NCBI RefSeq assembly: GCF_963921235.1 | Contig: NC_086097.1 | Coordinates: forward strand, 153,328,001-153,392,000 | From: Mobula hypostoma | Lineage: Eukaryota | Reading direction: 5' to 3' | Length of the DNA: 64,000 nucleotides | Part shown: one piece after another, positions 1 through 12,782 of the stretch | How the letters are laid out: each line of letters starts with the position of its first letter | Position numbering within the stretch: the stretch's first letter is position 1 | Notes under the pieces: model-generated | Databases searched by the model: none | What the model was told of the DNA's origin: nothing | The model's input: only the letters and a program-made list of their open reading frames with translations | Made by a program: the position numbers and the translations under genes

Positions 1-503
1 ACACTGTCAACTTATGATCCCAACCTGCCTAATATATTAAACAACCAACTCTCATTGCTATGCATCTGCATGAAATTTAGTTCATACATTTTAGTAGATG
101 TCACTGTAGTCATGTCCCATTTTAAACACCTTGGTTACATGACAACTCATATCCAAAATAAAAGGATTTTCATTATTCATCAATAACATCAATAGGCAGA
201 GTGATTCTCTATTTCAGTCATAAATCTGACAAGTAATGCTACATTGTGAAAGATTTGTTTGCTTGTAATATTTGTGTTTTTGACTCTTAACAGCTCTTAA
301 TGTATTTGTAGGCATGACTCAGCACTGTATCTTGTTTGTTCAGTGATTTTGGAAGCTGGTCACTTGAGTGTCATTGATCAATGTTCAGGTGCTAATTTCA
401 GATCCTGCAATTGAACCGTTTCAAGAAAGTTTAGGCAATGCATAAGGAATTGCTGTCTGTTTCAAGGCCCTATGTTCTATTTTTCTAGTCATACTAAAGA
501 CAC

Positions 504-537
504 GTGTGTGTGCGCGAGTGCGCATGTGTGTGTGTGT
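504..537. repeat. Interrupted (TG)n microsatellite
   Basis: gtgtgtgtgcgcgagtgcgcatgtgtgtgtgtgt. Confidence 0.85.
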
Positions 538-1749
538 CCTAATGTGTTTGCAATAGAGTTTAATGCCCAGTTATCCTGGATCAGGTGCTAGCCCTGTCAA
601 GCATATGCATATGTGGTAGTTGGTACTGGAAGATCAGTAACCTGCTTTAAGAAACTTCTTGTTCTACCTCAAATTGTTGGTCTTCCACCACAGGACAACC
701 TCCAGTAGGGAATCCTGCTAATGGCACATTCCAGGCTGCAGGCATACATGCTAAGGTACACACAATGGCTTTGTGGTGAAAAAAGTCAGTCTAGGCTCCT
801 TCTGCTACTGTACAAGGAGGGGCTGACTTGGTTGTGGAAGACCCTTAAATATTGAAATGGTTATTACCCCAAGAGGAGCACTTGAGTGGCAATAACGCTG
901 TGGTTTAAAAACAAAGTTAATACTACTGAATGTATTGACCACCAATGTAAAACTTATGCACTGCGTTTATTCTTTAATAGATTTTTTTGTCAAGGTAACA
1001 TTCTCTAAACTGAAATTCAAGACCTGGAATATCAAGACCATCATGGAAGCACTCTCCCCCCACCCCCAATATTTGACAGGTTTGACCATCAGTTTGTTCT
1101 CATAGCCCAAAAGTTTAAACCCTTTGGACTTGCAGTAGTCTCCATCTGTGAGGCGTGTTGGGCCAGAAATAGCCTGTTCAGAGAGCATTGTGATGGTACA
1201 CTTTCTTGTAGATGGAAAAACGACAAGATGCATGCTACTTTCATAGGGTGATTTTGCCATTAAGAATGAGCTGGTCTAGTGACTCCTCCCGTGGGATAAG
1301 TGAATATTCACAGCATTCCACTAATCATTAGCAACTTTTTCTATTCAACTTGAAGTATTTCGTCCACCATCACCGCACACCTATTCAAAATAGAAGTCAA
1401 AAATCCAGATCTTAATTGGAACTCAATGGAACATAAGGCAGGCAATAACACCACTGAAGTCTTAAATCTTGATGGAACGGTGACATATTCATAACATTAT
1501 TTTCCATCATTTCATATTGAAATGAGATGTATTTTGTTGTGGTCTGTCTGCTATTAGCCACAAAGAAAGTTCTTCCTACTGATCAAAAAGCCACTCGCAG
1601 AATTCCAACCACATAAAGATGGAATGGATGCAATAAGAGGCTAAATGGTATCACGACATAAGAAAACGAAATAGGCATATGAGTAAGCACCAGTATTCAA
1701 ATCCCTTTACCTCAGCTCCATTTTCTGTCCTCCTCCACCTAATGAAATA

Positions 1750-2335
1750 AGAAATGATTACTTACAACAGACACATCAAGGCACTCGAGGAACATTCCAA
1801 TACAATCTTCCAAGTTCACAGGCAGGAGAAGCAAACCAATATTTGTGAACTTTTGTGGGCAATCATCATCAACAATGAGACTCCAATTACACCCACTCAA
1901 CTTTGAATGGTGAACTATATCATATGCATACCTGGCACTAGATTCCCAATCAAACTCACTGCTCCTATCACTGTGATGGTGAGATAGGACTAGGAAGGAA
2001 AACTCTAAAGACATTCTTAAAGAACTTTACAAAAATATAAATGTAGCATCCCCAGAAACTTCTGAGAACCTCAACACCATGACTACACAAAATGGAGAAG
2101 GATCATTTGGGATGGTATTGAGAAATGCAAGCCGTTGATTGGGAGAAGAGAGAAGCACAGCATGACCAGCAGAAGGAACACACTACCTCCACACCCTATG
2201 CCCAAAGTATCCACATACCCCCATTGTCCATCAAGAACTACTGTGCTATCTATGACAGAGTCTGCAGGTCCAACATTGGCCTCATAATCCACCTCAGAAT
2301 GTAATGGGAGCAAGATCATGAGTGTCTGCCTAAGA
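1750..2335 (+). mobile_element. Degraded RTE-clade LINE, 3' end
   Basis: Frame-broken peptides TYNRHIKALE, KDILK and C-terminal RVCRSNIGLIIHLR resemble RTE ORF C-termini. Confidence 0.65.
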
Positions 2336-2423
2336 ATGGGTGAAGGAATTATACTGAAATGGGACAATTGTCTATTGTTACTTTCATGTCACTGCCATGA
2401 AGGAACCAATGAAAAACTAAGAG

Positions 2424-2519
2424 TCATAGATTCACAGAGAGATATAGCATGGACACAATCCCTTTATTCCACTGAGGCCACGCTGACCATCAAACACTGA
2501 TTCACACTAATCTTACAGT
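2424..2519 (-). mobile_element. 3' tail of an HE1/V-SINE-like SINE (its head lies at 4388-4640)
   Basis: CR1-like tail sequence that rejoins 4388 across the duplicated atcttacagt. Confidence 0.55.
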
Positions 2520-4387
2520 CATCATCATAGTTTGTCACACCAGATAGCCAGCTACTCTAGTGATGCTTGTGTGACAAGAATACACATAGATTAAGATGTA
2601 GCTGTCCTGTGCTGGCACCGGTGGGATCAGCAGTTGGTCTGCCACCTGTCTTCAGGAGAGAGAGAGATAAGGAAAACAATGGAGCAGCATTTGGAGATGT
2701 GTAATGAAGGGACGGGAGAGAGAGTAACAGAAAGAGAGCTGTCAAGAGCGGCTCCCCCTTTGAACCCTGAACTGTTTGAAGTGATGGACAGGCGATACCC
2801 CAGCAGGGGGATAAAAAGGGACAGGTTCGCTAAGGCGACACACACACGACACCCGAAGTAACAAGACCCTGGAAGCGGTGCATCTCTCACAAGTCGGTGG
2901 GAAGTACCGGGCCATAAACTCACAAGGTGGAAAGGGACGATCGGCGGGAACCTGGTGTGTGTCCACCCTTGCCTGGGTGCCAGGTTCAGTGCAGGGAAAC
3001 GATCGTATCTGGAAACGGAGGGGTCACAGTCGGTGACCTCAGATGACATCACAAAGGACTCGTCCGAAAGCTGACTGCGAAGGTCTGTGTCTGGAAGCCC
3101 TGAATATTCATTCGTTTTTGCTCTCTCTCTCCTCCCCCCCCCCCCCACTGTCCATCGCCACGGCAGTGATTACTGCGAACTGAACTGAACTAACTTGAAC
3201 TGAACTTTGCGTTACTTTGAAACTGGTCATTTACCCCTAGACAACGATAGAACTAGATTGATCCTGTTATCTTAATTCTGTGTACATGTATGTTTATCAT
3301 TGCTGAACTGTTGCATTCATTATCCTTTTGATAAGAGTACTGTGTTGCTTGTTCTTTAATAAAACTTTCTTAGTTCTAGTAATCCAGACTCCAACTGAGT
3401 GATCCATTTCTGCTGGTTTAGCAACCCAGTTACGGGGTACGTAACACTTGGATGATGTTGAGCAGGTCAGTGTCAGCTAAATCAGGTGAGAGTGGGCAGT
3501 TGTGCAGAACATGTTCAATGTTCTACACCTTTTTGCCACACTCACAGGGTTTGCTGGTCTTTAAACCCCACTTCACCATATTGTCTCCCATCCTACAAAC
3601 TCCCGCTCTTGCCCCACTTCCATCTGTCAAGCAGTGCCCCGTCTGGCAACATTTCTGTGGGTCTTACACTATATTGTTTTGTGGGGTTCTGGCTTCTGTT
3701 TGTTTCCAGAGGTCAATCCTGTATGTTTGGGGGGATGTTCCGTGTGTTAGTTCCTCCACTGTAGCAAAGCTTTTCCTCGATTTTAGGCGGTTGGAAACTG
3801 GCATATGATGGCATAGTGGGTGCCGTGGATCCGAGTTCTATTTACCTTTTTCAATTTTTGTTGTAGTGTGTCTTCGGATCTCTGTGGCAGCAATGCCTGC
3901 AAGTCTGTAAATGATGTTAGTGGGTGTGAGGCGCAGTGTGCCCGTGATTATTCGGCAGGCTTCGTTAAGCAACGGGTCTATTTTCTTCGCATGGGCTGAT
4001 CTGCCCCACACAGGTGCACAGTATTCTGCAGGTGCATAGCAGAGTGCTAGGGCAGTTGATCTAAGTGTGTGAGCATTAGCTCCCCATTTCGTGACTGCTG
4101 ATTTCTTTCAAGAGAGAATTGCGAGAGCCAACTTTCCCTTGGAGTTTTTGGATGTGGGTGGCAAATCCAGTGTCACACCCAGGTAAATTGGAGTCTGATG
4201 GTGTTTGAGTTCCTTCCCACACCAGAAGATCTTGAGTTTCCGATTCCTCAGGTGGAATGCACACACTTGAGTTTATGATGGATTTGAGTTCAGAGACCAT
4301 TTTTCATAATACTGCTTCATTGCTTTGAGGACTGCTGTAAGTCGTACTTCAACTTCTTGGAAGGAGTTAGCTCCATAGTAAAAAGGC
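2520..4387 (-). mobile_element. 5'-truncated Vingi/Ingi-type LINE, interrupted by a solo LTR
   Basis: Minus-strand RT C-terminal peptide LCYAPAEYCAPVWGRSAHAKKIDPLLNEACRIITG; (tga)n tail; 10-bp TSD atcttacagt at 2510-2519 and 4388-4397. Confidence 0.8.
2570..3446 (+). mobile_element. Solo LTR (Gypsy or ERV1 type)
   Basis: Termini TGTGAC...GTAACA; 4-bp TSD cttg at 2566-2569 and 3447-3450; AATAAA near 3358; Vingi sequence is continuous once it is removed. Confidence 0.9.
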
Positions 4388-4640
4388 ATCTTACAGTAAT
4401 CACATTATTTTGTTCTTCCTGCATTATCATCAACTCCCACAACTTCTACCATTCATCTACACACTAACAGTGGCCACCTAACCTACCCACCCACATGTCT
4501 GAGGAATGTGGGAGGAAATCAAAGAATCTAAAGGAATCCTATGTAGTCAAAATGGGTGTATGGAAATACCATGCAAACCCTACACAGCCCTTGAGATCAG
4601 GATTTAATCCAGGTCTCTACTAATCTACAGTGATGCCGAT
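4388..4640 (-). mobile_element. HE1/V-SINE-like tRNA-derived SINE, 5' portion
   Basis: aatgtgggaggaaa...aggaatcc...caggatttaatccaggtc pattern shared with the copy at 49350-49605. Confidence 0.55.
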
Positions 4641-5794
4641 AGAAATTATATCAATAGTTTGCCTCTCTACTTAAGCATAATATCATTTTGCTTTTTATCA
4701 GTATGTGGATAACAAAGTGATAGTGCATTCCTGCCTGTCATTCATAATGTCACAGCTGACTGCCACAATGCCATTACCTGAAGCTTCACATAGCAATCTC
4801 ATTTCAGAGGAAGTGATAAAATATGCTTCATTGCCAAGCTGCAAGTTTTATTTGAAGAAGAGTGCTGTTGCTCTTTGCCCTCTTCTGCAATAATCTCATA
4901 AAATGTTGGAAAATGCTTGAGGGTTGTGGGGAATTAATTGGAATATCAGAATTAAAAATAGCCTCCATGAGAGAATGAACATGAAAAAACTGAGAAAATA
5001 GATGGATTCAGAGCATGCTTTCCACCAGCTTTGTTACCAAGCATCCACAGTAGTTCCACTGGATTGTGGAGGGCAGAATGAAGGGGATTTAGTTGCCATG
5101 AAATGAACAGGAACAACTGTATGCAGATAGCTGAATCCATTACCTCAACCAACTACAGATGAAACGTCAAAACTTACACCTGGGATCATTACTCTGGAGT
5201 GTCACATCAAGCAAATCATTAAAAATGGTAAATGCATTTCAGCTTTTCAATGTTTTGATGTAAGTCATTAAAACTTTGCTGAGATATTTGTTATCCTGTC
5301 CACATTCCCTAAATTTTAGCAACTAGAGTTTGGCTTTGAGGCTAATTCTGCCAGGTTTCATACAACTGAAGATAATTGCAATAAAAAAGATGTTAATTAA
5401 ATTTCCAAACCGTTAAGGAACTGGAAACATAACACAATTAGTGACATCCTGTGCAATCTGGTTGCTATATATGATGATATTTTAATAATGCATTATGCAA
5501 CTTAGTTTATACACGTGAAATACAAAACACCAGTATACATTGAAAAAGGGCTAGTTGGAAAATAAGTAGGAATTTAGTAACTGCCCATAGAGAAATAACA
5601 TTAATTTATCTGTTGCTGTAACACAGCAAAGTGGAAAAGACTGCCTCATATGAGTGCAATCAAACAAAACCTGATATTGAATCAAAATGGACATTTAGAC
5701 ATGTTACCTAAAAATCAATTGAAGGAAACAGTGGGGGCTTATTGAAATGGGGAAGAATATTCGGAATCTGAATCACTTTCATGTCAGTATTTGT

Positions 5795-6020
5795 GTTGGG
5801 CACATGGCCAAGTGGTTAAGGCATTCATCTAGTTATCTCATGGTCGCTAGTTCAAGCCTTTGCTGTGGCAGCATGTTTGTGCCCTTGAGCAAGGCACTTA
5901 ATCACACATTGCTCTAGTCTGTGCGAGGAGTGGCGCCCCACACAGACTTCCAATATGCGCCTTGTAAGGCATGAAAATGCCCGACGCAGGCCTCTCATGG
6001 TCTGAGTCAATGTTCCCTCC
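5795..6020 (+). mobile_element. tRNA-derived SINE
   Basis: A box tggccaagtgg, B box gttcaagcc, followed by gtgcccttgagcaaggcactta. Confidence 0.75.
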
Positions 6021-6280
6021 CTTCATACCAGTATGTGAAACATACCAGAATAGATTGTGGATCAGTGCCAAGTGAAAAAACAGGACAATACCATAATAGA
6101 CAACACAATAGCACCAACAATTTACAAGACAATAATTCAAGTGAAGAGTTTTCCAGAGGGGATTGCAAAGGCCAAAGTTTAGAAGGTTAAATGTGGCTAC
6201 CAATAGTTGAACGACAGAAGTTGGAAATGGGCAAACAGCCCAATTTGGGATAAAGAAGAATGCAAAATAGTTAAGGGAAA

Positions 6281-7292
6281 TGTCATGGTCTGGTCCATGA
6301 AGTCTGCATTCCAGTTCATGGTCCGGTCCATCGATCCTTGTTCCGGGTTTTCCTGTTTTCTCCCTTGTTCTGTTGGGTGCCTTAATTGAGGTACCTGATT
6401 CTCATTTTGGTCAGGCACATAAATACCTCCGCAAACCAGGGATCATTGGACTGGACTGTTCCCTTCCTTTCTCCTTCCTTCTGAAGCTTCGCCTGCAACG
6501 CTGTCAAGTTCAACAGCTGGCGCAAGACTGGGTCCTTGCTGTGTCAAGATAAGGAACAGTCTGCCTTTGTTTGGAATTGTCTCTTTGTGTCCTCGCCTCC
6601 GCTGGGTAGGTATGGTCGTTTGCCACTACCCTGAGTGAAGAACTGTCTCTTCGTGTTCAGTGTACTGTGTATAGAAAGAGCCCTGGCCCTTGGTCCTATT
6701 CCCAAGGAGGGGGTCCTGGATCTCTGTGCTATGTATGAGTCCCGGCCCTGTGTCCCGCTGCCAAGGAGGTGTCCTGGCTCTGTGTTCCGAGGTTCCTGAG
6801 TTCCAAGTCCAAGGCTCTGAGGTTCCTGTCTCCCAAGACCAAGTCAAGGCTTTGTGTTCTCGTCCTGTCCATGTGTCTCGCCCAGCCCTGTGCTGGAGTT
6901 CCTTTGTCCTGTCCAGGAGTCTCACGTCCTGCCCTGTAGCCACATCTTGTCCTAGCCTAAACCCGGATTCTGGTTCTGAGTCAAGACCCAGGTTCCTAGT
7001 CCCAACCAAGAACCAGGTTCCAGGTCCTTGTCCAGGCTCTAGTTCCGGAGTTCCGTGTCCCTAGTCCAGACTCCTTGTTCCTAGTTCCTTGCCCGGGTTC
7101 CATGTTTCTTGTCCATGTCCTAGCCCAGGCCCTGCCTCCTAGTCTCGTCCAGGGCCTTTGTCAATGTCCAGCGTCCTTTCTTCCCCACTTCCCTTGCTTT
7201 CTAGACACACCAAGTCCTGTACCTAGTACCTCAGTGTCTGTATCTTGCATTTGGGTCTGACAGCAATGCTCCCCCCCCCACCCCTTAGGACA
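6281..7292 (+). mobile_element. Solo LTR, related to the LTR at 10031-11551
   Basis: TGTCA...GACA termini; extensive similarity to the reverse complement of 10031-11551 (e.g. tcttgcatttgggtc, ggccctgtgtcccgctgccaaggagg); TSD degenerate. Confidence 0.8.
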
Positions 7293-7424
7293 AAAAATCA
7301 GTTTTAAAGAGTGTATTTGTAGTTCAAAACTTTGTTTTGCTAACACCCAATTTTCACGTTGGCAGAAAAGAAAATGAGAATTAAAGATGTTTATTCCTGT
7401 GAAGATTCCCATATTGGTTACAGA

Positions 7425-8400
7425 CAATGTATTTTTATCAACACCTGAGTAATCACATTGTCAAGTTTGCTGATGACATAACAGTGGTGGGGCTCATCAC
7501 TAACAAAGATGAGACGGCCTACAGACAGGAGGTAGAAGAGCTCAAGGCCAGGTGCCAGGTAAATAGTCTCTTCCTCAATGTCAGCAAGGCAAAGGAGTTG
7601 GTTATCAACCTCAAGAGAACTCGCACTACTCACTCCCCTCTTTGCATTGGCGGCACAGCTGTGAAAACTGTGAGCAGTTTCAAGCTCCTAAGAGTGCACA
7701 TCTCACGCAATCTTTCACAGTCAGAGAACACAAGAAAGCTCACCAATGCCTCTACTTTCTGAGAAGGCTGAAAAGAGCTGGAATATGCACACATATACTC
7801 ACATCTTCCTACAGATGCACAGTAGAAAGCACCCTAACAAACATGCTACATCACTGAATAGTATGGAAACTGCACTGCGATAGACAGGAGGTCCTTACAA
7901 AAAGCAGTTAAAACTGCCCAATGCATCACAGGCATCATCCTACCTGGCATCAAGTACATATATACAGAAAGGTACCAGAAAAGAGTCAATGACATCATGA
8001 AGGATCCCAGCCAGATGAACTGTTTGTCACACTTCCATCAGGGAAGAGGCGATGTATTATCCACACCAGGACCACCAGTCTTAAAAGCTTATTTTCCCCA
8101 AGCAGTAAACTGATAAACACCTCCACCCACTAACCCACCATAACCCCCATAATCACTACTTGATCATTTCCTGTCAGAGTCACTTTATGTACAGACATTC
8201 CTGTGCCTAACATCGCTTTATGGGCATACCATCGATCTATGTATATAATCTACCTTATGTATTTATATTTATTGTGTTTTCATTGTTTTCTTCACCTTAT
8301 TGTGTTTATTCTGATACATTGGATCAGATTAACAGTTATTTCATTCTCCTGTACACTTGTTTACTGGAAATGACATTAAACAATCTTGAGTCTTGAATCA
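7425..8400 (+). mobile_element. Rex1/Babar LINE, 3' fragment
   Basis: IVKFADDITVVGLI and KAHQCLYFLRRLK peptides; (cttga)n-type tail. Confidence 0.85.
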
Positions 8401-8417
8401 TAGTGCTGCTATTGTTA

Positions 8418-9075
8418 TACATAGAACAGTACAACACAAAAAAGGCCTTTCAGCCCATAAGATGATGCTAACCTTTTAATCTATCCCAAGATCAATCTAA
8501 CCCTTCCCTCCTACATTGCCCTCATTTTTTCTTTCATCCATGCAACAGTCTCTTAAATATCTTTTACCAGCCTGGGCAGCACATTCCACACACTTATCAA
8601 ACTCTGTAAAATACCTACCTCTGACATCATCCTTATACTTTGCTCCAATCACCTTAAAATTATGCCCTCTCTTATTAGCCATTTCAGCCCTGGGAAAAAG
8701 GTGCTGACCGTCCACTTTAACACGTCTATCAAGCACCCCCCCCCCATTCTCCAAATAGAAGAGTCATAGCTCACGCAGCCTTTCCTCATAAGGTATGCTC
8801 TCTAATCCGGGCAGCGTCCCGGTAAATCTTCTCTGAACCCTCTATAAAGCTTCACTATCCTTTCTCTGATGGGGGTGGACAGCACTGAACACAATACTCC
8901 AAGTGTGGTCTAACCAGAGTTTTATAGAGCTGCAACATTGTCTCACAGCTCTTAAACTCAGTCCACTGACCAATGAAAGCCAATATACCATTCACCATTT
9001 TAACCACGCTATCAACTTGCATGTCAACTTTGAATGTTCTGTGTATGTTTTCCCTAATATTCCTCTGTTCCTCTA
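8418..9075 (-). mobile_element. CR1 LINE, 3' fragment
   Basis: [22 protein letters not shown]; ttctatg tail. Confidence 0.9.
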
Positions 9076-9087
9076 AAATTGTAAGAC

Positions 9088-9857
9088 ATTCTATACATGC
9101 ACAGTGGAGAGTATCCCAACTGGTTGCATCATGTCCTGGTATGGAAACAGGAATGCCCAAGAATGGAGAAACCTACAAAGTTAGTGGATACAGCCCAGTC
9201 CATCACATGAAAAGCCCTCACCACCACTGAGCACATCTACATGCAGCACTACCACAAGAAAACATCATCCATTACAAAGGGCGCCCCTGCCCCATCCAGG
9301 CCATACTGTCTTCTCACTGCTGCTATCAGGAAGGAGGTACAGGAGCCTTAGTCCCCACACCACCAGATCCCGGAACAGTTATTAACCTTCAAACATCAGA
9401 CTCCCGAACCAGCCTGGATAACTTCACTCACCTCAACTATAAACTGCTTTTACAACCTATGGCCTCACTTTCAAGGACTCTACCACTCATGTTCTCAGTA
9501 TTATTTACTTACGAGGGATGATTGATAAGTTTGTGGCCTGAGGTAGAAGGAGATGAGTTATTAACTTCAAACTTTCTGCATAATCACTCAAAGAATTGAC
9601 CTGCATGTGCATGTAACGAGAGCTGTATGACTCATCTCCTTCTACCTTAGGCCACGGACTTATCAATCGCCCATCTGTGCATCAGTGGACACCTTCTGGC
9701 TGTCCAAGATCCGTATGCTTCATGACCGCTGGGCTAAGTGTCTAAGTGTAGGAGGTGACAATGTTGAAAAATAAATGTACTCGGCTCCTTCTACCTAAGG
9801 CCACAAACTTATCAATCACACCTCATACTTCCTAATTTATTACTATTTTTACTTTTT
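9088..9857 (+). mobile_element. Rex1/Babar 3' fragment (3'UTR resumes at 12783-12970)
   Basis: SGRRYRS-type C-terminus; 3'UTR matches that of the copy ending near 30640. Confidence 0.75.
9512..9825. mobile_element. Mariner-type MITE
   Basis: About 40-bp TIRs (cgagggatgattgataagtttgtggcctgaggtagaaggag and its reverse complement at 9785-9825); TA on both flanks; extra internal TIR at about 9637-9672. Confidence 0.9.
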
Positions 9858-10030
9858 TCTCAGCTGAAACTGGTAAAAACCTGAGGTATATGCATAGCCA
9901 AGCATATTTATTTCTCAATTGAACATAGAAGTTTACAACACATTACAGGCCTTTCGGCCAATAATGTTATGCCAACCATGTAACCTACTCTAGAAACTAC
10001 CTAGATTTTCCCTCGTGTATAGCCCTCTAT

Positions 10031-11551
10031 TGTCACAATGGGCGGGAGCATTGGGGGGAAGGGTGGACCCAAATGCAAGACACATCTTGTGAGGTTAATA
10101 AAATTTAGTTTATTGTTTGAAACCAGGAGAGAAGGCAGGAGCAGGAATAGCGAACTGGACGAGGTCTCAGGACTACAACTAGGCTGGGACTAAGGGTCTG
10201 GGCTAGGAGTCGGAATCGGATTCCAGAACTAGAGGCAACATGAAGAGGCTACGGTATGGACTCCGAGCCAGAGACTGGGCAAGGACCCAGTACCTGGGTC
10301 TTGCCCCGGGCTCAGACCCCAGAACCAGGCATGGACATGACATGGGCTAGGGAGAGGAGGAACATGGAAAACGGAGCCTCGGTCTCGGGAAAGCAGGTAC
10401 ATGGAACCATGGACACATACACAGAACACAGAGTCGGGACCCCTCCTTGGGTACAGAACATAGGGCCGGGACTCACACGCAGAACAGAGAGCCATGATGT
10501 CGTGGTCCGGATCGAGGTCTAGGACTCATGTCCCCCTGCAGGGCAATGGCAAGACGGCCTGACTTACCCCACGGAGGCGAGGACACGACAAGACCAACAT
10601 GAAAGAACACCAGACAGTACCTATCTAGCTCCAGCGATAGAACTAGACCGAGGTGCAGGTGAGGGCTGCAGACGAGGGCTGGAGGCGAGAGGGGCAGAGA
10701 AGAGATTCAGACAGGGGGTAGGACAGGAATACAGACCGCCAGGGCCAGGACTTGACTCGGAACTTGGCTGCCGCCAGGGCCAGGACTTGACTTGGAACTT
10801 GGTTGCCACCAGGGCCAGGACTTGACTCAGTACTTGGATGCTGCCAGGACTAGGACTTGACTCGGATCTTGGCTGCCACCAGGGCCAGGACTTGACTCAG
10901 AACTTGGATGCCGCCAGGGCCAGGACTTGACTCGGAATTTGGATGCCGCCAGGACCAGGACTTGACTCGGAACTTGGATGCTGCCAGGGCCAGGACTTGA
11001 CTCAGTATGTGGATGTCGCCAGGACCGGGACTTCACTCGGAACTTGGATGCCACCAGGGCCGGGACTTGACTCAGTATGTGGATGCCGCCAGGGCCAGGA
11101 CTTGACTTGGAGCCTCCGGGTAGTTGCGAGCTCTCGACTTGGCCCAGGAACAGTAGACAGCAGTTCTTGATTCCCTCCGGCGGGTTACCTGACAGACCCA
11201 CCTCGGTGAGGAAACTTTGCAGGCTCGCTTTGGCGAGGTAACTTTACAGGGGTGCTTCGGTGAGGAAAGGCGAATTACTGGCACTCGCTTCAGGCGGAGA
11301 CTAGGCTTGCTCCGGCCAGATGATATTGGCACACCATACCTTTGGTGACTTTGCAGACGCTCTCGCACCGAACAGCTGAAAGCCGGATACTATGAACTAC
11401 CGGTTCAGCCGAGAGTAAATTGCCTCTGATCACCAAGGCCAAGGGACACGGGAAAACAGGGAACCAAAGGGAAACAGGGAGTCAACGGTCCGGATCCGGA
11501 TCGTAACATAAACAAAGTAAATTTAAAGAGACCTCGATCCGGACCACGACA
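10031..11551 (-). mobile_element. Solo LTR (Gypsy, chromovirus-like), 1.5 kb
   Basis: TGTC...GACA termini; perfect 5-bp TSD tctat at 10026-10030 and 11552-11556. Confidence 0.92.
10736..11111. repeat. 35-bp minisatellite inside the LTR, about 10.5 copies
   Basis: Unit agggccaggacttgactcggaacttggatgccgcc starts at 10741, 10776, 10811 and so on to 11091. Confidence 0.95.
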
Positions 11552-12735
11552 TCTATTTTCCTAAACTCCATGTACCTATCTAAGAGGCTCCTAAAAGCAT
11601 CCTCTTCCACTACCACCGCCAGCGTGCATTCCAAGCACCCACCACTCTCTGTGTGAAAAAACCTACCCCAACATCGCCTCGGTACCCATTTCTAAGCACC
11701 TTAAAACTATGCCCCCTTGAATTAGCCATTTCAGCCCTGGAAAAAAGCTTCTGGCTATCCACATGATCAATGCCCCTCATTATCTTATACACCTCCATCA
11801 GGTTACCGCTCATCCTCCGTTGCTCCAAGGAGAAAAGGCCAAGTTCTCTCAACCTATTCTCATAAGGTACACCCTCCAATGTAGACAACATCCTTGTAAG
11901 TCTCCTCTGCACTCTCTCTATAGTATCCATATCTTTCCTGTAGAGAGGTGACCAGAACTGAACACAGTACTCCAAGTGGGGTCTGACCAAGATCTTATAT
12001 AGCTATTGCTCGGAACTTTTGGATTATTCTAGTACTGTTTAGTACTGTGCCTCTCTGGAGATTTACATAAATATTGCTGTGGAGGCCTAATTGTTTAACG
12101 CTATTGTGTAGTGACTTTGGGATGATATCAGTTGTAGATATTGCTGGCGGGACAATGTATAATCTGTTCATGTTCCAGAATCTTTCAATTTCCTCTTTTA
12201 ATTCAGCATATTTCTGCTGTGTTTCACTTATTGATTTCTGTACCTTATGTGTGTTTGGAATGGCTATATCTATTAAGTAATTTGATCTTGCTTACAGAAA
12301 TCTGTAATAATGAATCGGTCATAATATAATTTGTAGAACTCTGACTATAAAATTGGATCAGGCTAGTGTTAATGGTAAGGTTTGGCTTCTTTTATGAATT
12401 TGTACTTCAAAGCAAGATTTTGGCGAATGATTTTTGCCACATGATTCTGCCTGTGTAAATAATCTGATTGAGTTAAACTGCTGCAGGATTCTATAATGTG
12501 TTAGATTATTCCAGGTTTCTCTTGGCATTTCTGCATTTATCATCTTGAATTTCTTAGTCATTTATTAAGTACTTCTGATATATTTTTGTGTTAACCATCT
12601 TGGTTTCCACAAGGAACATCGCTGTTTCAGGGACGAGGTCTCCAACTCTGAGGCAGGTGGTCAACGCTTCCTTGTCAACATGTTGTCTCCTCAGATTGTG
12701 TGGATGTCTTCTATGGAGGATCTTCTTCTGTTTTT

Positions 12736-12782
12736 CCTCCTCCTCCTCCTCCTCCTCCTCCTTCTTCTTCTTCTTCTTCTTC
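12736..12782. repeat. (CCT)n(CTT)n microsatellite
   Basis: Read directly; it explains the poly-E/K/S/L spurious ORFs. Confidence 0.95.

Larger units (their letters stand above)
9922..12004 (-). mobile_element. CR1 3' fragment inserted in the Dong element and itself interrupted by an LTR
   Basis: [14 protein letters not shown]...FFTQRVVGAWN; flanking attg repeat at 9918-9921 and 12005-12008. Confidence 0.9.
9858..12735 (-). mobile_element. R4/Dong (Rex6-like) REL-endonuclease retrotransposon, 3' part, split by a CR1 and an LTR
   Basis: Minus-strand LHRRHPH...VDKEA...LRVGDLVPET, IDIAIPNTH and KYAELKEEIE; tail at 9858-9921 matches the tails at 35521 and 35895. Confidence 0.8.

Noticed and set aside
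694..755. Possible 62-bp exon (cag|GACAAC...GCTAAG|gtacac)
   Set aside because: Weak donor, unrecognised peptide and no partner exons
967..1260. 97-aa ORF in unique sequence
   Set aside because: No recognisable domain or convincing splice signals; length compatible with chance
2627..3148. 173-aa and overlapping ORFs in the solo LTR
   Set aside because: GC-rich LTR sequence with no protein motifs
5795..5870. tRNA gene
   Set aside because: A and B boxes are present but there is no clean cloverleaf, and the sequence continues into a SINE body
10736..11111. Regular 35-bp repeats resembling a CRISPR array
   Set aside because: The units are contiguous with no unique spacers, lie inside an LTR, and the context is eukaryotic with no cas genes
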